Positions 50,208-59,932 of a stretch of 64,000 nt of DNA are shown piece by piece. Made by a program: the position numbers and the translations under genes. The stretch spans positions 32,001 through 96,000 of the forward strand of contig CAWHOE010000064.1 in the NCBI GenBank assembly GCA_963830915.1, written 5' to 3'. The notes below the pieces were generated by a model. The model was not told the DNA's origin. It did no database searches and saw only the letters and a program-made list of their open reading frames with translations. Within the stretch, counting starts at the first letter, position 1. Every line of letters begins with the position of its first letter. The stretch comes from a candidate division FCPU426 bacterium (GTDB taxonomy: Bacteria > Oederibacteriota > Muellerivitia > Muellerivitales > Muellerivitaceae).

Positions 50208-50969
50208 CTATTCTTCCCCCGGGAAGGTCCATCGATAGGCCAAAAATCCCGTGAAATGGTTCCCGCTCTGGAGCAGGTCCCTCCCCGCGGAGAAAACCAG
50301 GTGGTTCACCGGGTCGAAATTGATGATCCCCCCCACATTGAACCCCATATTGTCGCTCAAGCCATTGGCGCTGGCGCTGTGGTAAAAGATCTCGCCACCC
50401 AGGGAGAAGCGGGAGGAAAGGTCCCGTTGGATAGCCCAACCCAGGAAAACCCAATTCTTATTCCCAGGTCCCGGATCGATCCAATAGCCCCCACCCCCGA
50501 AACTGGTCCAGGGCCCCCAGCTTTTTTGGAGCCAGAGGGGCAGTAAGAACTGGACTTGCCCCGCGCCCAACCCCTTCCCGGAGTCGCCCGTAGGCAGATC
50601 GACCTGGGGAAAAACGGCCGCCTGAGGCGTCCCCTCGGTTTCATGGAGGAACCGGTATTTCACGCTCAGTTGGGTATCCCCATAACCGTAAGCGGAGTTG
50701 AGACCAGCGGGAGAATTAAAGGCGGCCTGTTCGGTCAGGCTGAATTGGGTATCGGGCAACCCTCCCCAATTCACCGCCAAAAAAGGGGCGGTGCCGGAGA
50801 GGTCATTCTGGACCTGAAGGGCGGTGGCTCCCAAGAATATCTCCCAATGGCCAAGTTCAGGCGGCTCCGGATCGTCCGTCTCGAATGGCGGTCCCGCCCA
50901 ACCCAAAGTGGTCCATCCCAGGCTGATCAACAGAAAAAGGACCCATCGAAATAAACGCCAGTTGTTCAT
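50208..50969 (-). CDS. Putative outer-membrane beta-barrel transporter-family protein
   Basis: Signal peptide then AGPPFETDDPEP, GYGDTQLSVKYRF, LPTGD, aromatic-rich strands; start uncertain. Confidence 0.75.
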   Translation of the reverse strand: MNNWRLFRWVLFLLISLGWTTLGWAGPPFETDDPEPPELGHWEIFLGATALQVQNDLSGTAPFLAVNWGGLPDTQFSLTEQAAFNSPAGLNSAYGYGDTQLSVKYRFLHETEGTPQAAVFPQVDLPTGDSGKGLGAGQVQFLLPLWLQKSWGPWTSFGGGGYWIDPGPGNKNWVFLGWAIQRDLSSRFSLGGEIFYHSASANGLSDNMGFNVGGIINFDPVNHLVFSAGRDLLQSGNHFTGFLAYRWTFPGEE

Positions 50970-50997
50970 CTCGAACGGGGCAACCAAAACACTCATA

Positions 50998-51894
50998 TCA
51001 CTTGGGCGATGGCATTCTTTTTTTAAGTTCATTCAGATTATCCCTGCCATCCGAATTGTCCTGATCGGCCGATTTTTGGAACCAGATCATCGCCTGTTGT
51101 TTGTCCTGGGCGACTCCCTGCCCGTACTCATAAAGAATACCTAGCAAATTTTCCCCTCTCGCGTTGCCCTGGTCCGCCGATTTCTTGAACCATTGATAGG
51201 CCCGTGAGTAGTCCCGGGGTACCCCTTCGCCCATGTAGTACATCAAGCCGAGGGAGTTGCATCCGTCCGAGTTTCCTTTGTCCGCTGAATGTTGAAAATA
51301 CTTGAAGGCTAGCGGATAGTCCTGGGTAACGCCCTGCCCGAGGACATAAAAGGAACCCAGTAAATTCTCGCTGGTGGGGTCGCCCTGGTTCGCTGATTTT
51401 TTGAACCATACTATAGCCTGCTGATAGTCCGAGGCCACCCCCTCCCCGTTGGCGTACATCTTCCCGATGGAGTTATAGGCGCTCACGCTTCCCCGCTTCG
51501 CGCCCTCCTGGTAATAAGCCATCGCTTTGGGGTAACTCCTATGGCGTCCCAGACCATTCTCGTACAGCAGACCGATACAGACAAAGGCATCGGCGTTCCC
51601 CAGTTCAGCGGCTTTTTTGTACCAATGATAGGCGCTGCTATAGCTCTGATGATCGCCCTGACCCTTTTCGTACAGGACGCCCACGCATCGGGCCGCGTCC
51701 GAATAACCCCAATGGGCCGAGATCTTGAACCATTTCATGGCCTTGACATAATCGTGATCGACCAGGGCTTGGGCCCCTTTGTCATACTCTGGGGAACCGG
51801 GCACCGATCCCAATACCCCCCGAGCGAAGACTAAATTCCCAGGGGCCAGTAATATAATGAATGTCAAAAATATTCCAACTGGGTTCTTGACCAT
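50998..51894 (-). CDS. Sel1-like repeat exported protein
   Basis: About six LGxxYxxGxGVxxDxxxAxxWFxKSAxQG repeats. Confidence 0.9.
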   Translation of the reverse strand: MVKNPVGIFLTFIILLAPGNLVFARGVLGSVPGSPEYDKGAQALVDHDYVKAMKWFKISAHWGYSDAARCVGVLYEKGQGDHQSYSSAYHWYKKAAELGNADAFVCIGLLYENGLGRHRSYPKAMAYYQEGAKRGSVSAYNSIGKMYANGEGVASDYQQAIVWFKKSANQGDPTSENLLGSFYVLGQGVTQDYPLAFKYFQHSADKGNSDGCNSLGLMYYMGEGVPRDYSRAYQWFKKSADQGNARGENLLGILYEYGQGVAQDKQQAMIWFQKSADQDNSDGRDNLNELKKRMPSPK

Positions 51895-52013
51895 ATAAAA
51901 CCCTCCTGCGCAAATATCAAACTCTGCCCATCCATATCTTAAGCCCATGGCCTTCATTGTTTGCAAATCTCAATGGGATCGACAGGACCTCTTTGGGTTA
52001 ATTCAGAGCTAGA

Positions 52014-52808
52014 TCAATGGCTTTTTTTGGCCGCCCGATGCTCGAAGAAACGCACGCAGGCCAGGATAAATAGGAACAGGACAGCCGTGGCCGTGTAACG
52101 GCTGAAGTTCAATCCCCCGTGATCAAGCGGCTTGTCCAGAAAGTCTCCCAGGACCGCCCCGAGGGGACGGGTGAGGATGAAGGCCGACCAGAAAAGAATG
52201 GTGCGCGAGATCTTGGTCCACTTGTAAAGGGCGAATACCACAGCCAGTAAGATCACGAAAAGGGTCGCTCCCCCCAGGTAACCCATACCCTCGGAGTCGG
52301 CGGTCCAATCCCCCAGGGCGGTTCCCAGGGTCTGGGAGAACATGATGGTGACCCAATAGAATATCTCCGATTTCGGCTCGGAAACCGAATCCACGGCTAC
52401 CGTACCCAGGGTCTTGTACCAGGTGAATAACGAGGCCATCAGCAGGATGAAAAGGATCGAGGACCCGCCCGCGTAGCCGATACCAAGCGACCGGTCGCAG
52501 AAATCCGCCAGGGTGGTTCCCACGGAAGTGGTGGCGATGATGGTGAACCAATAGATATAAGGATGGAAGGCCTTGGCCCTCATTTGGATGACGACGGCGA
52601 TGAGAAAAATGAAGGCGAAAATGGCCGTGCCCACCAGGTAGCCCAGGTTCATGGACATGGAGACCATGTCCCCGCCAGTCTCTCCCAGGGTGGTGGCGGC
52701 GATCTTGATGATCCAAAAGAGAAGGGTTACCTCGGGAACTTTGCTCAAGATACTTTCGGCCGTTTTCTTTTTTATATTGGGTTTATTTTTAACTTTTTTG
52801 GTCGGCAA
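52014..52808 (-). CDS. COG4705 (DUF347-repeat) membrane protein
   Basis: KVPEVTLLFWIIKIAATTLGETGGD, LGTALGD, LTRPLGA. Confidence 0.88.
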   Translation of the reverse strand: MPTKKVKNKPNIKKKTAESILSKVPEVTLLFWIIKIAATTLGETGGDMVSMSMNLGYLVGTAIFAFIFLIAVVIQMRAKAFHPYIYWFTIIATTSVGTTLADFCDRSLGIGYAGGSSILFILLMASLFTWYKTLGTVAVDSVSEPKSEIFYWVTIMFSQTLGTALGDWTADSEGMGYLGGATLFVILLAVVFALYKWTKISRTILFWSAFILTRPLGAVLGDFLDKPLDHGGLNFSRYTATAVLFLFILACVRFFEHRAAKKSH

Positions 52809-52830
52809 AAGATTCTCCCGATCGGATTTG

Positions 52831-52864
52831 AAAAAAGGGCCGCCCTTTGATAGGACGGCCCTTT
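52831..52864 (-). terminator. Terminator-like hairpin between the YncE and COG4705 genes
   Basis: AAAGGGCCG...CGGCCCTTT with a T-run on the minus strand. Confidence 0.65.
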
Positions 52865-52874
52865 CAACGAAAAA

Positions 52875-53912
52875 TTACTTCCCTACGACCAGCAAATGGA
52901 ATGTCCCGGGTATGGTCTTGCCGCGGGGTTTGGGGTCCTCTTTCGTAGGCGTGGGCGGCGCTGACCGCTTGGCCACGGTGAGGAACACCCGCCCTGTCTT
53001 GGCGTCCAGGGCGAGGGTTTTGGCTCCCGGCTCGGTTGGAAGCTGTTCCAGGACCGTGTACTTATTCGGGGAATCCTCATGGATGATCGTCAAGGTCCCG
53101 TCGCCGTTGGAGCTGAACACGTTCTGGGAATCCGGATCGAAAGCCGTACCGTCCACATGGTCGCCGATGGGCAGGGCCTGGATGACCTTGCCGGTCTTGG
53201 CGTTCATCACCACCAGGTTCTTGTTATGGCAGCCGCTGAAGAGGCGGTTGTTCTTGACGTCCATGGAAAGGCCCGAGGGGGATTCGCCCGGGGCCAAGGG
53301 CCAGGTTTTCAGGACCTTCATGGTCTTGGCGTCAATCTTGAGGACCTCGCTCGCGCTTTCCAGGTTGTCGAAGATCAGGCCCTTGCCGTTGGAAACCGCC
53401 ACTTCCGGCCCCCCGTCCAGGGCGACCGTATTGACCAGCTTATCCGTGGTGGGGTCGATGACCGAGGCGTTATGGCTGTCGCCGTTGAAGGTCAGGACCT
53501 TTCCCGTAGGCTTGTCGTAGAGGATGACGTCGCAATCCTTAGAGGTCGGGATCTCCGCCAAATGCTTGAAGGTCGTCAGGTCGAAGACCACCACGCTTCC
53601 CGGGTCACCGCTGCTGGCGTAACCCTTGTTCAGGTCGGACAGGACCACCACGCCGTGGGGATGGGGAACGTTCTCGACGGTGCCGATCAGCTTCAAGGTG
53701 TCGGCGTCGACCACTTGAACGCTGTTGTTATGGGTGATATAGACCCGGCGGTTCTGGCTGTCCACGGTGAGAAAATCGTATCCGCCGTCTCCCGGCAGGG
53801 GGACGCTTTGCAATATCTTGTACCCGCTCTTGCCGGCTTCCTGCGCGTATAGACCGCCAACCCAGACCAGCGAGATGCCCAGCACCAATAAAGCCATTAT
53901 TTTCCGCATCAT
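52875..53912 (-). CDS. YncE-family secreted beta-propeller protein
   Basis: Signal peptide, GDGGYDFL, repeated blades, PGTFHLLVVGK end. Confidence 0.85.
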   Translation of the reverse strand: MMRKIMALLVLGISLVWVGGLYAQEAGKSGYKILQSVPLPGDGGYDFLTVDSQNRRVYITHNNSVQVVDADTLKLIGTVENVPHPHGVVVLSDLNKGYASSGDPGSVVVFDLTTFKHLAEIPTSKDCDVILYDKPTGKVLTFNGDSHNASVIDPTTDKLVNTVALDGGPEVAVSNGKGLIFDNLESASEVLKIDAKTMKVLKTWPLAPGESPSGLSMDVKNNRLFSGCHNKNLVVMNAKTGKVIQALPIGDHVDGTAFDPDSQNVFSSNGDGTLTIIHEDSPNKYTVLEQLPTEPGAKTLALDAKTGRVFLTVAKRSAPPTPTKEDPKPRGKTIPGTFHLLVVGK

Positions 53913-53990
53913 TTACCCCCTCTTTTTTAACATCATCCGCTCGACATTCTGACGATTCATCCGCCTTTTTCAACCTGCTTTATAATCCCC

Positions 53991-54168
53991 TATCCGCAAA
54001 ACGCATCTTACGGATGGTTCCCCCTTTGAAAAAGGGGGGTAGGGGGTATTAGTCATTGCTGAAATAGTCAGGAAAAACTAACTCCCCCTTGTTCCCCCTC
54101 TTTCAGAGGGGGAGACGATGCGACCAACCAACTGACGAAAGTCCGGATCAAAGTACGCTTTGCGAATA
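53991..54168. repeat. Composite palindromic element, copy B (no insert)
   Basis: TATCCGCAAA...TTTGCGAATA ends; CCCCCTTTGAAAAAGGGGG and CCCCCTCTTTCAGAGGGGG hairpins. Confidence 0.75.
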
Positions 54169-54218
54169 GGCAGACGCTTCATTCAAACATCGCTCCTGGA
54201 AACTCGACAATAAGACAC

Positions 54219-54783
54219 TCAATTCAGTTTAAAAGAGATCGGTATCCGCACTCGGCAGTTCATGGGCTGGCCGTATTTATCCAGGGCCGGCTGGAACCGC
54301 GCCGTTCTTCAGCTTTTCAAGCACCACCGCGTCAAACGAGGGGTCGGCCCCCTGCATGATGCTGACCGCTCTCACGTATCCCGCGACATCGATAAGCAGC
54401 TCCGCGATGACCCGGCCTTCCTTCCTCTCTTTCCTCATCTGGACCGGATAATCTTCCTCGCCGATCATGCCACCCACCCAGGATGGCTGGCGGCTGGCGG
54501 TGACCGCTCCCTCCGGCTCGGGAGTGGGCGTGGGCTGGACCGGCGGAGGGGGACTCTTTCCCTTTTTAGCCAGCACCCAGGGCTCGGGTGGGGGCGGAAG
54601 CTTGGCGACCAAAGTCAAAAGAGGGGCGCTGCTTTGCTCCACATCCATGCGGAACTCAGCGTGGGCTTCCCCCCAGGCGATGATGCCCATCGCGACCCCA
54701 AAAACGGAGAGGTGAAAAATGGTCGATATCAGCATGCCGCCGGAAAGGCGGTTTTCCCGCAGCCATTTGAAAAGACGTTCCAC
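54219..54783 (-). CDS. tonB: Energy transducer TonB, frameshift near 54302
   Basis: TM with SxxxH, Pro-rich linker, YP...EGRV; removing one base restores ARFQPALDKYGQPMNCRVRIPISFKLN*. Confidence 0.85.
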
Positions 54784-55184
54784 TATTTGCGTTCCATGGC
54801 CAGGGCGACCTTTTGGACCCCGCCCAGCTTGACCGCGTCCAGGACCCGCGCCAGATTCTCGTAGGTGATCGACTTGTCCGCCTTGACGATGACCTTCACT
54901 TCCGGGTCCACGCCCGACTCGACCGCCATTTGCCGGGTCAGGTCCCCCAGTTCGATGTCATTGCGGTTGTACTTGAGCTCTCCCTTGGGGCCCACGGTCA
55001 CCACGAGGGCGGGATGGGGGGCCTTTTCCTCCTTGACCACCTTGGGCAGGTTCACCTGAAAGGCCTGCTCGCTGATGAAGGTGGCCGTCACCATGAAAAT
55101 GATCAATAGCACCAAAGTGATATCCACCAGGGGGGTGACATTGATGCCCGTGACCAGGTTGCTGTTGTTGGAGCCCGGCAGCAT
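54783..55184 (-). CDS. exbD: ExbD/TolR
   Basis: INVTPLVDITLVLLIIFMVT. Confidence 0.92.
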   Translation of the reverse strand: MLPGSNNSNLVTGINVTPLVDITLVLLIIFMVTATFISEQAFQVNLPKVVKEEKAPHPALVVTVGPKGELKYNRNDIELGDLTRQMAVESGVDPEVKVIVKADKSITYENLARVLDAVKLGGVQKVALAMERK

Positions 55185-55810
55185 TACTTGGCCTTTTCTT
55201 GCTTGAGGTAAGCCAGGAGTACTCGGGAAAGACTGTCCGTGTTGGTCTGGATCTCGCCCAAGCGGGTCAAGAAAAAGTTGTTGGCGATGACCGCCGGGAT
55301 GGCCACCAGGATACCGAAGGCCGTGGCGATCAAGGCCGCCGAGATACCGGACATGACCACCGAGACGCCGCTTTGGCCCGTGAGTCCCAGGTCGTTGAAG
55401 GCCTTGATGACGCCCAGGACCGTCCCGAAAAGGCCGACGAAAGGCGCGTTATTACCCATGGTGCCCAAGATGATCAGGTATTTCTCGTGCTCCAGCTTTT
55501 CCCTCAGCCAACGGGAGGCCATGACCTCTTCCACGGCCGCCGCGCCCTTCGGAAAGCTCTTCAAACCCGCCAATGCCACCCGGGCCTCGACCCTTGGGCT
55601 TTTTTCAGCTATCTCCACCGCCCCGGGCACATCATGTTTTTCCAGGCATTCGGCCAAGCCGTCCATCAAGGTGGCCACGTCGCCCCGGTTCTTCCGGAAG
55701 ACCAGCCAACGCTCGATCATGACCCCGATGGAAACCACGCTGGCGATGATCAATAAAAGAATGACCCAGGTGTCACCCACCAGGGCCATATGCATGAATA
55801 TCGTGTTCAT
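55184..55810 (-). CDS. exbB: ExbB/TolQ proton channel
   Basis: APFVGLFGTVLGV, ALIATAFGILVAIPA. Confidence 0.92.
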   Translation of the reverse strand: MNTIFMHMALVGDTWVILLLIIASVVSIGVMIERWLVFRKNRGDVATLMDGLAECLEKHDVPGAVEIAEKSPRVEARVALAGLKSFPKGAAAVEEVMASRWLREKLEHEKYLIILGTMGNNAPFVGLFGTVLGVIKAFNDLGLTGQSGVSVVMSGISAALIATAFGILVAIPAVIANNFFLTRLGEIQTNTDSLSRVLLAYLKQEKAK

Positions 55811-55976
55811 CTAAAACTCCCCTTTTTAATTATTGGATTTTTGAAGCGATAACACTTTCACATAAATGGCCAAAACCCGGACACGGTTTCGGTCCCTGAA
55901 ACCGAAACCGTGCTGGGTTGGCCGGGGGTCTAGATCAAATCCCCCTAACGACTGTTACCAATTACCTCGCACCTTG

Positions 55977-56091
55977 CTGAAAAAGTCCCTAGAACGGACT
56001 TTTTCAGCTGAAGGCATTTGCGGTAACCCCACGATTCCTGCGGAATCTTTGGGGTCGCAGGCTGCTTTGTGGCCCTTTTTACACCAGCCTG
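55977..56091 (-). ncRNA. Conserved structured 3' element, copy 2
   Basis: Begins directly after the receptor TAG stop; homologous to 39595-39713. Confidence 0.55.
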
Positions 56092-58800
56092 CTAGAAGTC
56101 GACCACCAAGCCGCCATCAAAGGTCGGCCCGTAGTACTCGTTCTGGATCGGAAGGTTGGAACTCCCCTGGTAATAACGGAGCGGCTCGTTATTCAGGTTA
56201 TCCCCTTCGGCGTAAACCGTGACGTCCTTGGAGATGGCGTATTTGACCTTCGCGTCGATCTGGAAGTAATCGTCATAGTAAACGTTCGGCACCGGTCCGC
56301 CCAAGGAACCCGGCAGGGCCGCGTCCCCGACCAAGGACAGGTTCTTGCCCGTGAAGGAACCACCGACATCGATCGTAAAACCGTACTTTTTGTAAAAGAT
56401 ACCGGTGTTGAAGATGAGGTCGGACTGACTGGGGAGTTCGGTATTGACCCCGGGAGACGTCTCGCCCTGGGACCACATCCTGGAAACGGAACCCCGGAAA
56501 CCCAGGCCATCCAATGGATCGGGCAGCATGGTGTATTGCTGTTGATATTGGAATTCGATCCCATAGATATACGAATTGGGAATGTTCGAATAGGTGATGT
56601 TATTGGTCACCCCGCCCGAGTTGACGAGTTGGGTGTAATCCGCCTCGAAGTAGTTCGTGAGGCTTTTGTAGAACCCATCAACCGCCAGGATGGCGGCCTT
56701 CTGGGGATAGAGTTCCCAAGAGAGGTCGATGTTATCCGAGACCATCGGTTTCAGGTTCGGATTGCCATAAGTATTGTTGACGACCGGGTCCGCCGAGGAA
56801 GTACCCCCGTTTTGATTCTGGCCCAGCGTGGGCGAAGGAATGTACTGGTTGTAGGTCGGTCGGGCCAGGGTCTCCGAATAGTTGAGACGGGCTGTCATCG
56901 AAGGATCGAACACATACTTCAATCCCAAACTCGGCAGGATGTTGGTATAGTCGATGGTCCCCGTCGAAACAGCCGCGGAAGCCGCTTCGTGTTTATCGGT
57001 TGGATAATCCGTGAACGAATTATACCAGTCGTACTTGATGTGGGTGCCCTCGATCCTCGCTCCGCCCATTACCGTCAATTTGTCCAGGTTGAGGGTATAC
57101 ATGGCGTAACCCGCGATCACGTTCTCATACGAATCCCAATCCAAAGCTTGGTCCGCCACTGGATCGGTCTGGGTCATGGGGCCGGCATAGGGGCTTGTGC
57201 TGGCGTTAAGCAGATTCAACAACGCCGTCATGCTTGGGACTGGCCCCATGTTATAGATATCCCCCGGATAGAAGTTCGGGAGAGTGGTGGGGCTAAACGC
57301 AGCCATTGTCGGTTTCAGCAACGAGGTTGGTGAGAAGTTCATATCGGTGTAATTGGCGTAGCTGAAATTCCCGCGGGCCCCGAATTGAAGGGTGCCTTTG
57401 TCGCCGCCGCCCAAGTCCATATCGGTTTTGCCGTCGGCTTTGAGCCCATAGAGATTCACGTTGTAGACCCATTGTTCATCCGTAAAGCTCTTCAAGGTGA
57501 ATTGGGTCGGATCGTTCTGCCCGGTCACTTGGCTGGCGTCGAACGACGGGCTATCGCCGTTGTTCGTGGAGTTGTTATAGGTCAGCAATCCCGAGAGATT
57601 ACCGTTCTTGAATTTGTAACCGTAGTGCCAGGGCACGTTGGAGTCGGCGAAGGAATAGGTGGCTTTATAATCCAGGTCGAAACCGCCGAGGTTGTTATCG
57701 CCCCCGACCCCCAGGCCCAGGGTGCGGTACTGGGTCAACTCATAGCTGACCTTATCATCCACTTCCCCGTTGACACTGGTATCGATCGTGAAGCTTCCGT
57801 TGGCGTTCAAGGTGGCGTTATTGCCCGGGACGGCGTCGAGACCTGACCAGGCAGTGGTGTATTTGGGCCTGCGGTACTCGTCATAACCGCTGTACATCAT
57901 GTTCACGAAATACTTGTTGTCCTTATCGGCCGAGAGGTCGATGTTGGCGCCGATCCCCGCGCGGTCACGCTCGTAGTCGTAATATTGGAAGTCATACTCG
58001 TTGATGGAGTTCAACCCCAATTGTCCCGAACCGGCCGGAGTGTAGGTCTCTTCCAGGTCGTCGATGCCGAATCTCTCATACTCATAGGAGCCCGTCACGA
58101 GGAACCCCAGCTTGGCTTGGCCCCCCAGGCTCATGGTCTCGCCCCAGGTCAATTGCCCCATGGCGGTGGGTTCATTGCGCTCCGGAACATAGCCCCCTTG
58201 GGCCTTGATCTCGTGGAAGCTGCCGGGATAATCGAAGGCCGATTTCGGGATGAGGTTCATCTGGCCGCCGACGCCTTGGGCGTCCATGTTCGGCAGGATG
58301 GTCTTGAAAACTTCTTCCTCGCCTACCAAAGCGACCGGGATGTCGTCCAGGTCCACCGACCTGGTGGAGTCGTCATAAGAAGGGATGAGCGTGTCATTGA
58401 AGGTGATGATATCCAGGGTCGAGTCCGTCCCGCGGATCGAGATGTAGCGGGGCTCACCCGTGTCATGCTGGACCCCGACGCCCGGCAATTGCTGGGCCGC
58501 CTGGGCGACGGTCTTGGCCGGCGTCTGGTCGATCTGGTCCTGGGAAAGGATGTTCACTTTATTGAGTGAGTTGTGCATCTCATCGAAGGACTGGGCCTGG
58601 TCGATGCCGTGGGCCTTGACCGTGACCTCCGGGAGTTCGGAAACGCCCGTCACGGAAGCCGACAGAGTGTTGGATTGCGCGTCGGCGGGAGCGGTCGTCG
58701 CCATGTCCGCTTTCGCGATGGGAGCGAACATCAAAAAGAAAAGGGTGAACAACACCTGCGTTGAAAGAATGGAGCCGAACCTCTTGATCCGCATAAACAC
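56092..58800 (-). CDS. TonB-dependent receptor
   Basis: Signal peptide, EVTV TonB box, LPGV...RYISIRG plug, GNPNLKP, C-terminal F. Confidence 0.93.
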   Translation of the reverse strand: MFMRIKRFGSILSTQVLFTLFFLMFAPIAKADMATTAPADAQSNTLSASVTGVSELPEVTVKAHGIDQAQSFDEMHNSLNKVNILSQDQIDQTPAKTVAQAAQQLPGVGVQHDTGEPRYISIRGTDSTLDIITFNDTLIPSYDDSTRSVDLDDIPVALVGEEEVFKTILPNMDAQGVGGQMNLIPKSAFDYPGSFHEIKAQGGYVPERNEPTAMGQLTWGETMSLGGQAKLGFLVTGSYEYERFGIDDLEETYTPAGSGQLGLNSINEYDFQYYDYERDRAGIGANIDLSADKDNKYFVNMMYSGYDEYRRPKYTTAWSGLDAVPGNNATLNANGSFTIDTSVNGEVDDKVSYELTQYRTLGLGVGGDNNLGGFDLDYKATYSFADSNVPWHYGYKFKNGNLSGLLTYNNSTNNGDSPSFDASQVTGQNDPTQFTLKSFTDEQWVYNVNLYGLKADGKTDMDLGGGDKGTLQFGARGNFSYANYTDMNFSPTSLLKPTMAAFSPTTLPNFYPGDIYNMGPVPSMTALLNLLNASTSPYAGPMTQTDPVADQALDWDSYENVIAGYAMYTLNLDKLTVMGGARIEGTHIKYDWYNSFTDYPTDKHEAASAAVSTGTIDYTNILPSLGLKYVFDPSMTARLNYSETLARPTYNQYIPSPTLGQNQNGGTSSADPVVNNTYGNPNLKPMVSDNIDLSWELYPQKAAILAVDGFYKSLTNYFEADYTQLVNSGGVTNNITYSNIPNSYIYGIEFQYQQQYTMLPDPLDGLGFRGSVSRMWSQGETSPGVNTELPSQSDLIFNTGIFYKKYGFTIDVGGSFTGKNLSLVGDAALPGSLGGPVPNVYYDDYFQIDAKVKYAISKDVTVYAEGDNLNNEPLRYYQGSSNLPIQNEYYGPTFDGGLVVDF

Positions 58801-58944
58801 TTCCTTTCTCGAACTGAAAAAAATAGAACCCCTTTCGAGGTCCCACGCGCAAGGGCTCTTTGGGGAACCCTCACTGAACGCCGGGAGTTTAATGGTTTTT
58901 AATTCTTTAGTTGTTGCGGAGAAATAAAATGAACGTAACGATAC

Positions 58945-58985
58945 GATGAAGAAATCGTCATCTTGCCGTCATTGTCATGTCATTT
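58945..58985 (-). promoter_or_regulatory. Putative CusR/CzcR-type operator
   Basis: Minus strand ATGACGGCAAG-ATGACGATTTCTTCAT: 11-bp-spaced direct repeat plus inverted half-site, between the divergent receptor and regulator genes. Confidence 0.55.
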
Positions 58986-59257
58986 CCACGAACGAAAAAA
59001 TTTCCAAAGTTTATAACGCTGATCGCTTTCGCCCGGACAGTTACCAAGAGTAACTTTGGAGTTCCGTTTATTTTTCAACGACTTATCCGGAAAGCGAAAA
59101 AAATGATCTGAATTTGTCGGGGACGGATATCGTAAAATTCTGGAACAAACAAAGTGTTTGTCTCTTGGATTGTTCCCTCTTTCCTAGTTTCGATCGCCCT
59201 TTTTTATTAATCCGCATTTAACTTGCTACTTCCCTCCATATGAAATTACATACACCC

Positions 59258-59932
59258 ATGAAAATTTTGATCATCGAGGACGAGCCCAAGACCATGGCCT
59301 ATCTGGCCAAGGGTTTGACCGAGAACGGATATGCGGTCAACGGCGCGGAGAACGGCGAGGAAGGTTTTCATATGGCCAAGGTGGGAGGTTACGACCTGCT
59401 CATCCTGGATGTCATGCTTCCGGGCAAGGACGGCTGGTCCATCCTGGAGGACCTGCGAAATTCAGGACACCGATTCCCCATCCTTTTCTTGACCGCTCGT
59501 GACGCCGTGGAGGACCGGGTGAAAGGTCTGGAATCGGGAGCGGACGATTATCTGGTGAAGCCCTTCGCCTTCGTGGAACTCCTGGCCCGGGTGCGTACCC
59601 TCTTGAGAAGGGGCCAATCCCAAGCTTCGGAATTCCTCAAGATCGCCGACCTGGACATCGACCCCCTCCGTCACAAGACCCAAAGGTCCGGCAAGCGTAT
59701 CGACCTCACCCCCAAGGAATTTTCCCTTCTATATCTGCTCGCTTCCCGCACCGGGGATGTCCTTTCCCGGACCCACCTGGCGGAACAAGTTTGGGACATG
59801 AATTTTGACAGCGGCACCAATGTGGTGGATGTCCATGTCCGCCGCCTTCGCTCCAAGGTGGATGATCCCTTCAAGCGGAAGCTGATCCATACGGTCCGGG
59901 GGGTAGGCTATGTCCTCGAAGATCGTGGTTAA
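59258..59932 (+). CDS. Heavy-metal response regulator (CusR/CzcR/IrlR-like)
   Basis: OmpR family; [30 protein letters not shown]. Confidence 0.92.
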   Translation: MKILIIEDEPKTMAYLAKGLTENGYAVNGAENGEEGFHMAKVGGYDLLILDVMLPGKDGWSILEDLRNSGHRFPILFLTARDAVEDRVKGLESGADDYLVKPFAFVELLARVRTLLRRGQSQASEFLKIADLDIDPLRHKTQRSGKRIDLTPKEFSLLYLLASRTGDVLSRTHLAEQVWDMNFDSGTNVVDVHVRRLRSKVDDPFKRKLIHTVRGVGYVLEDRG

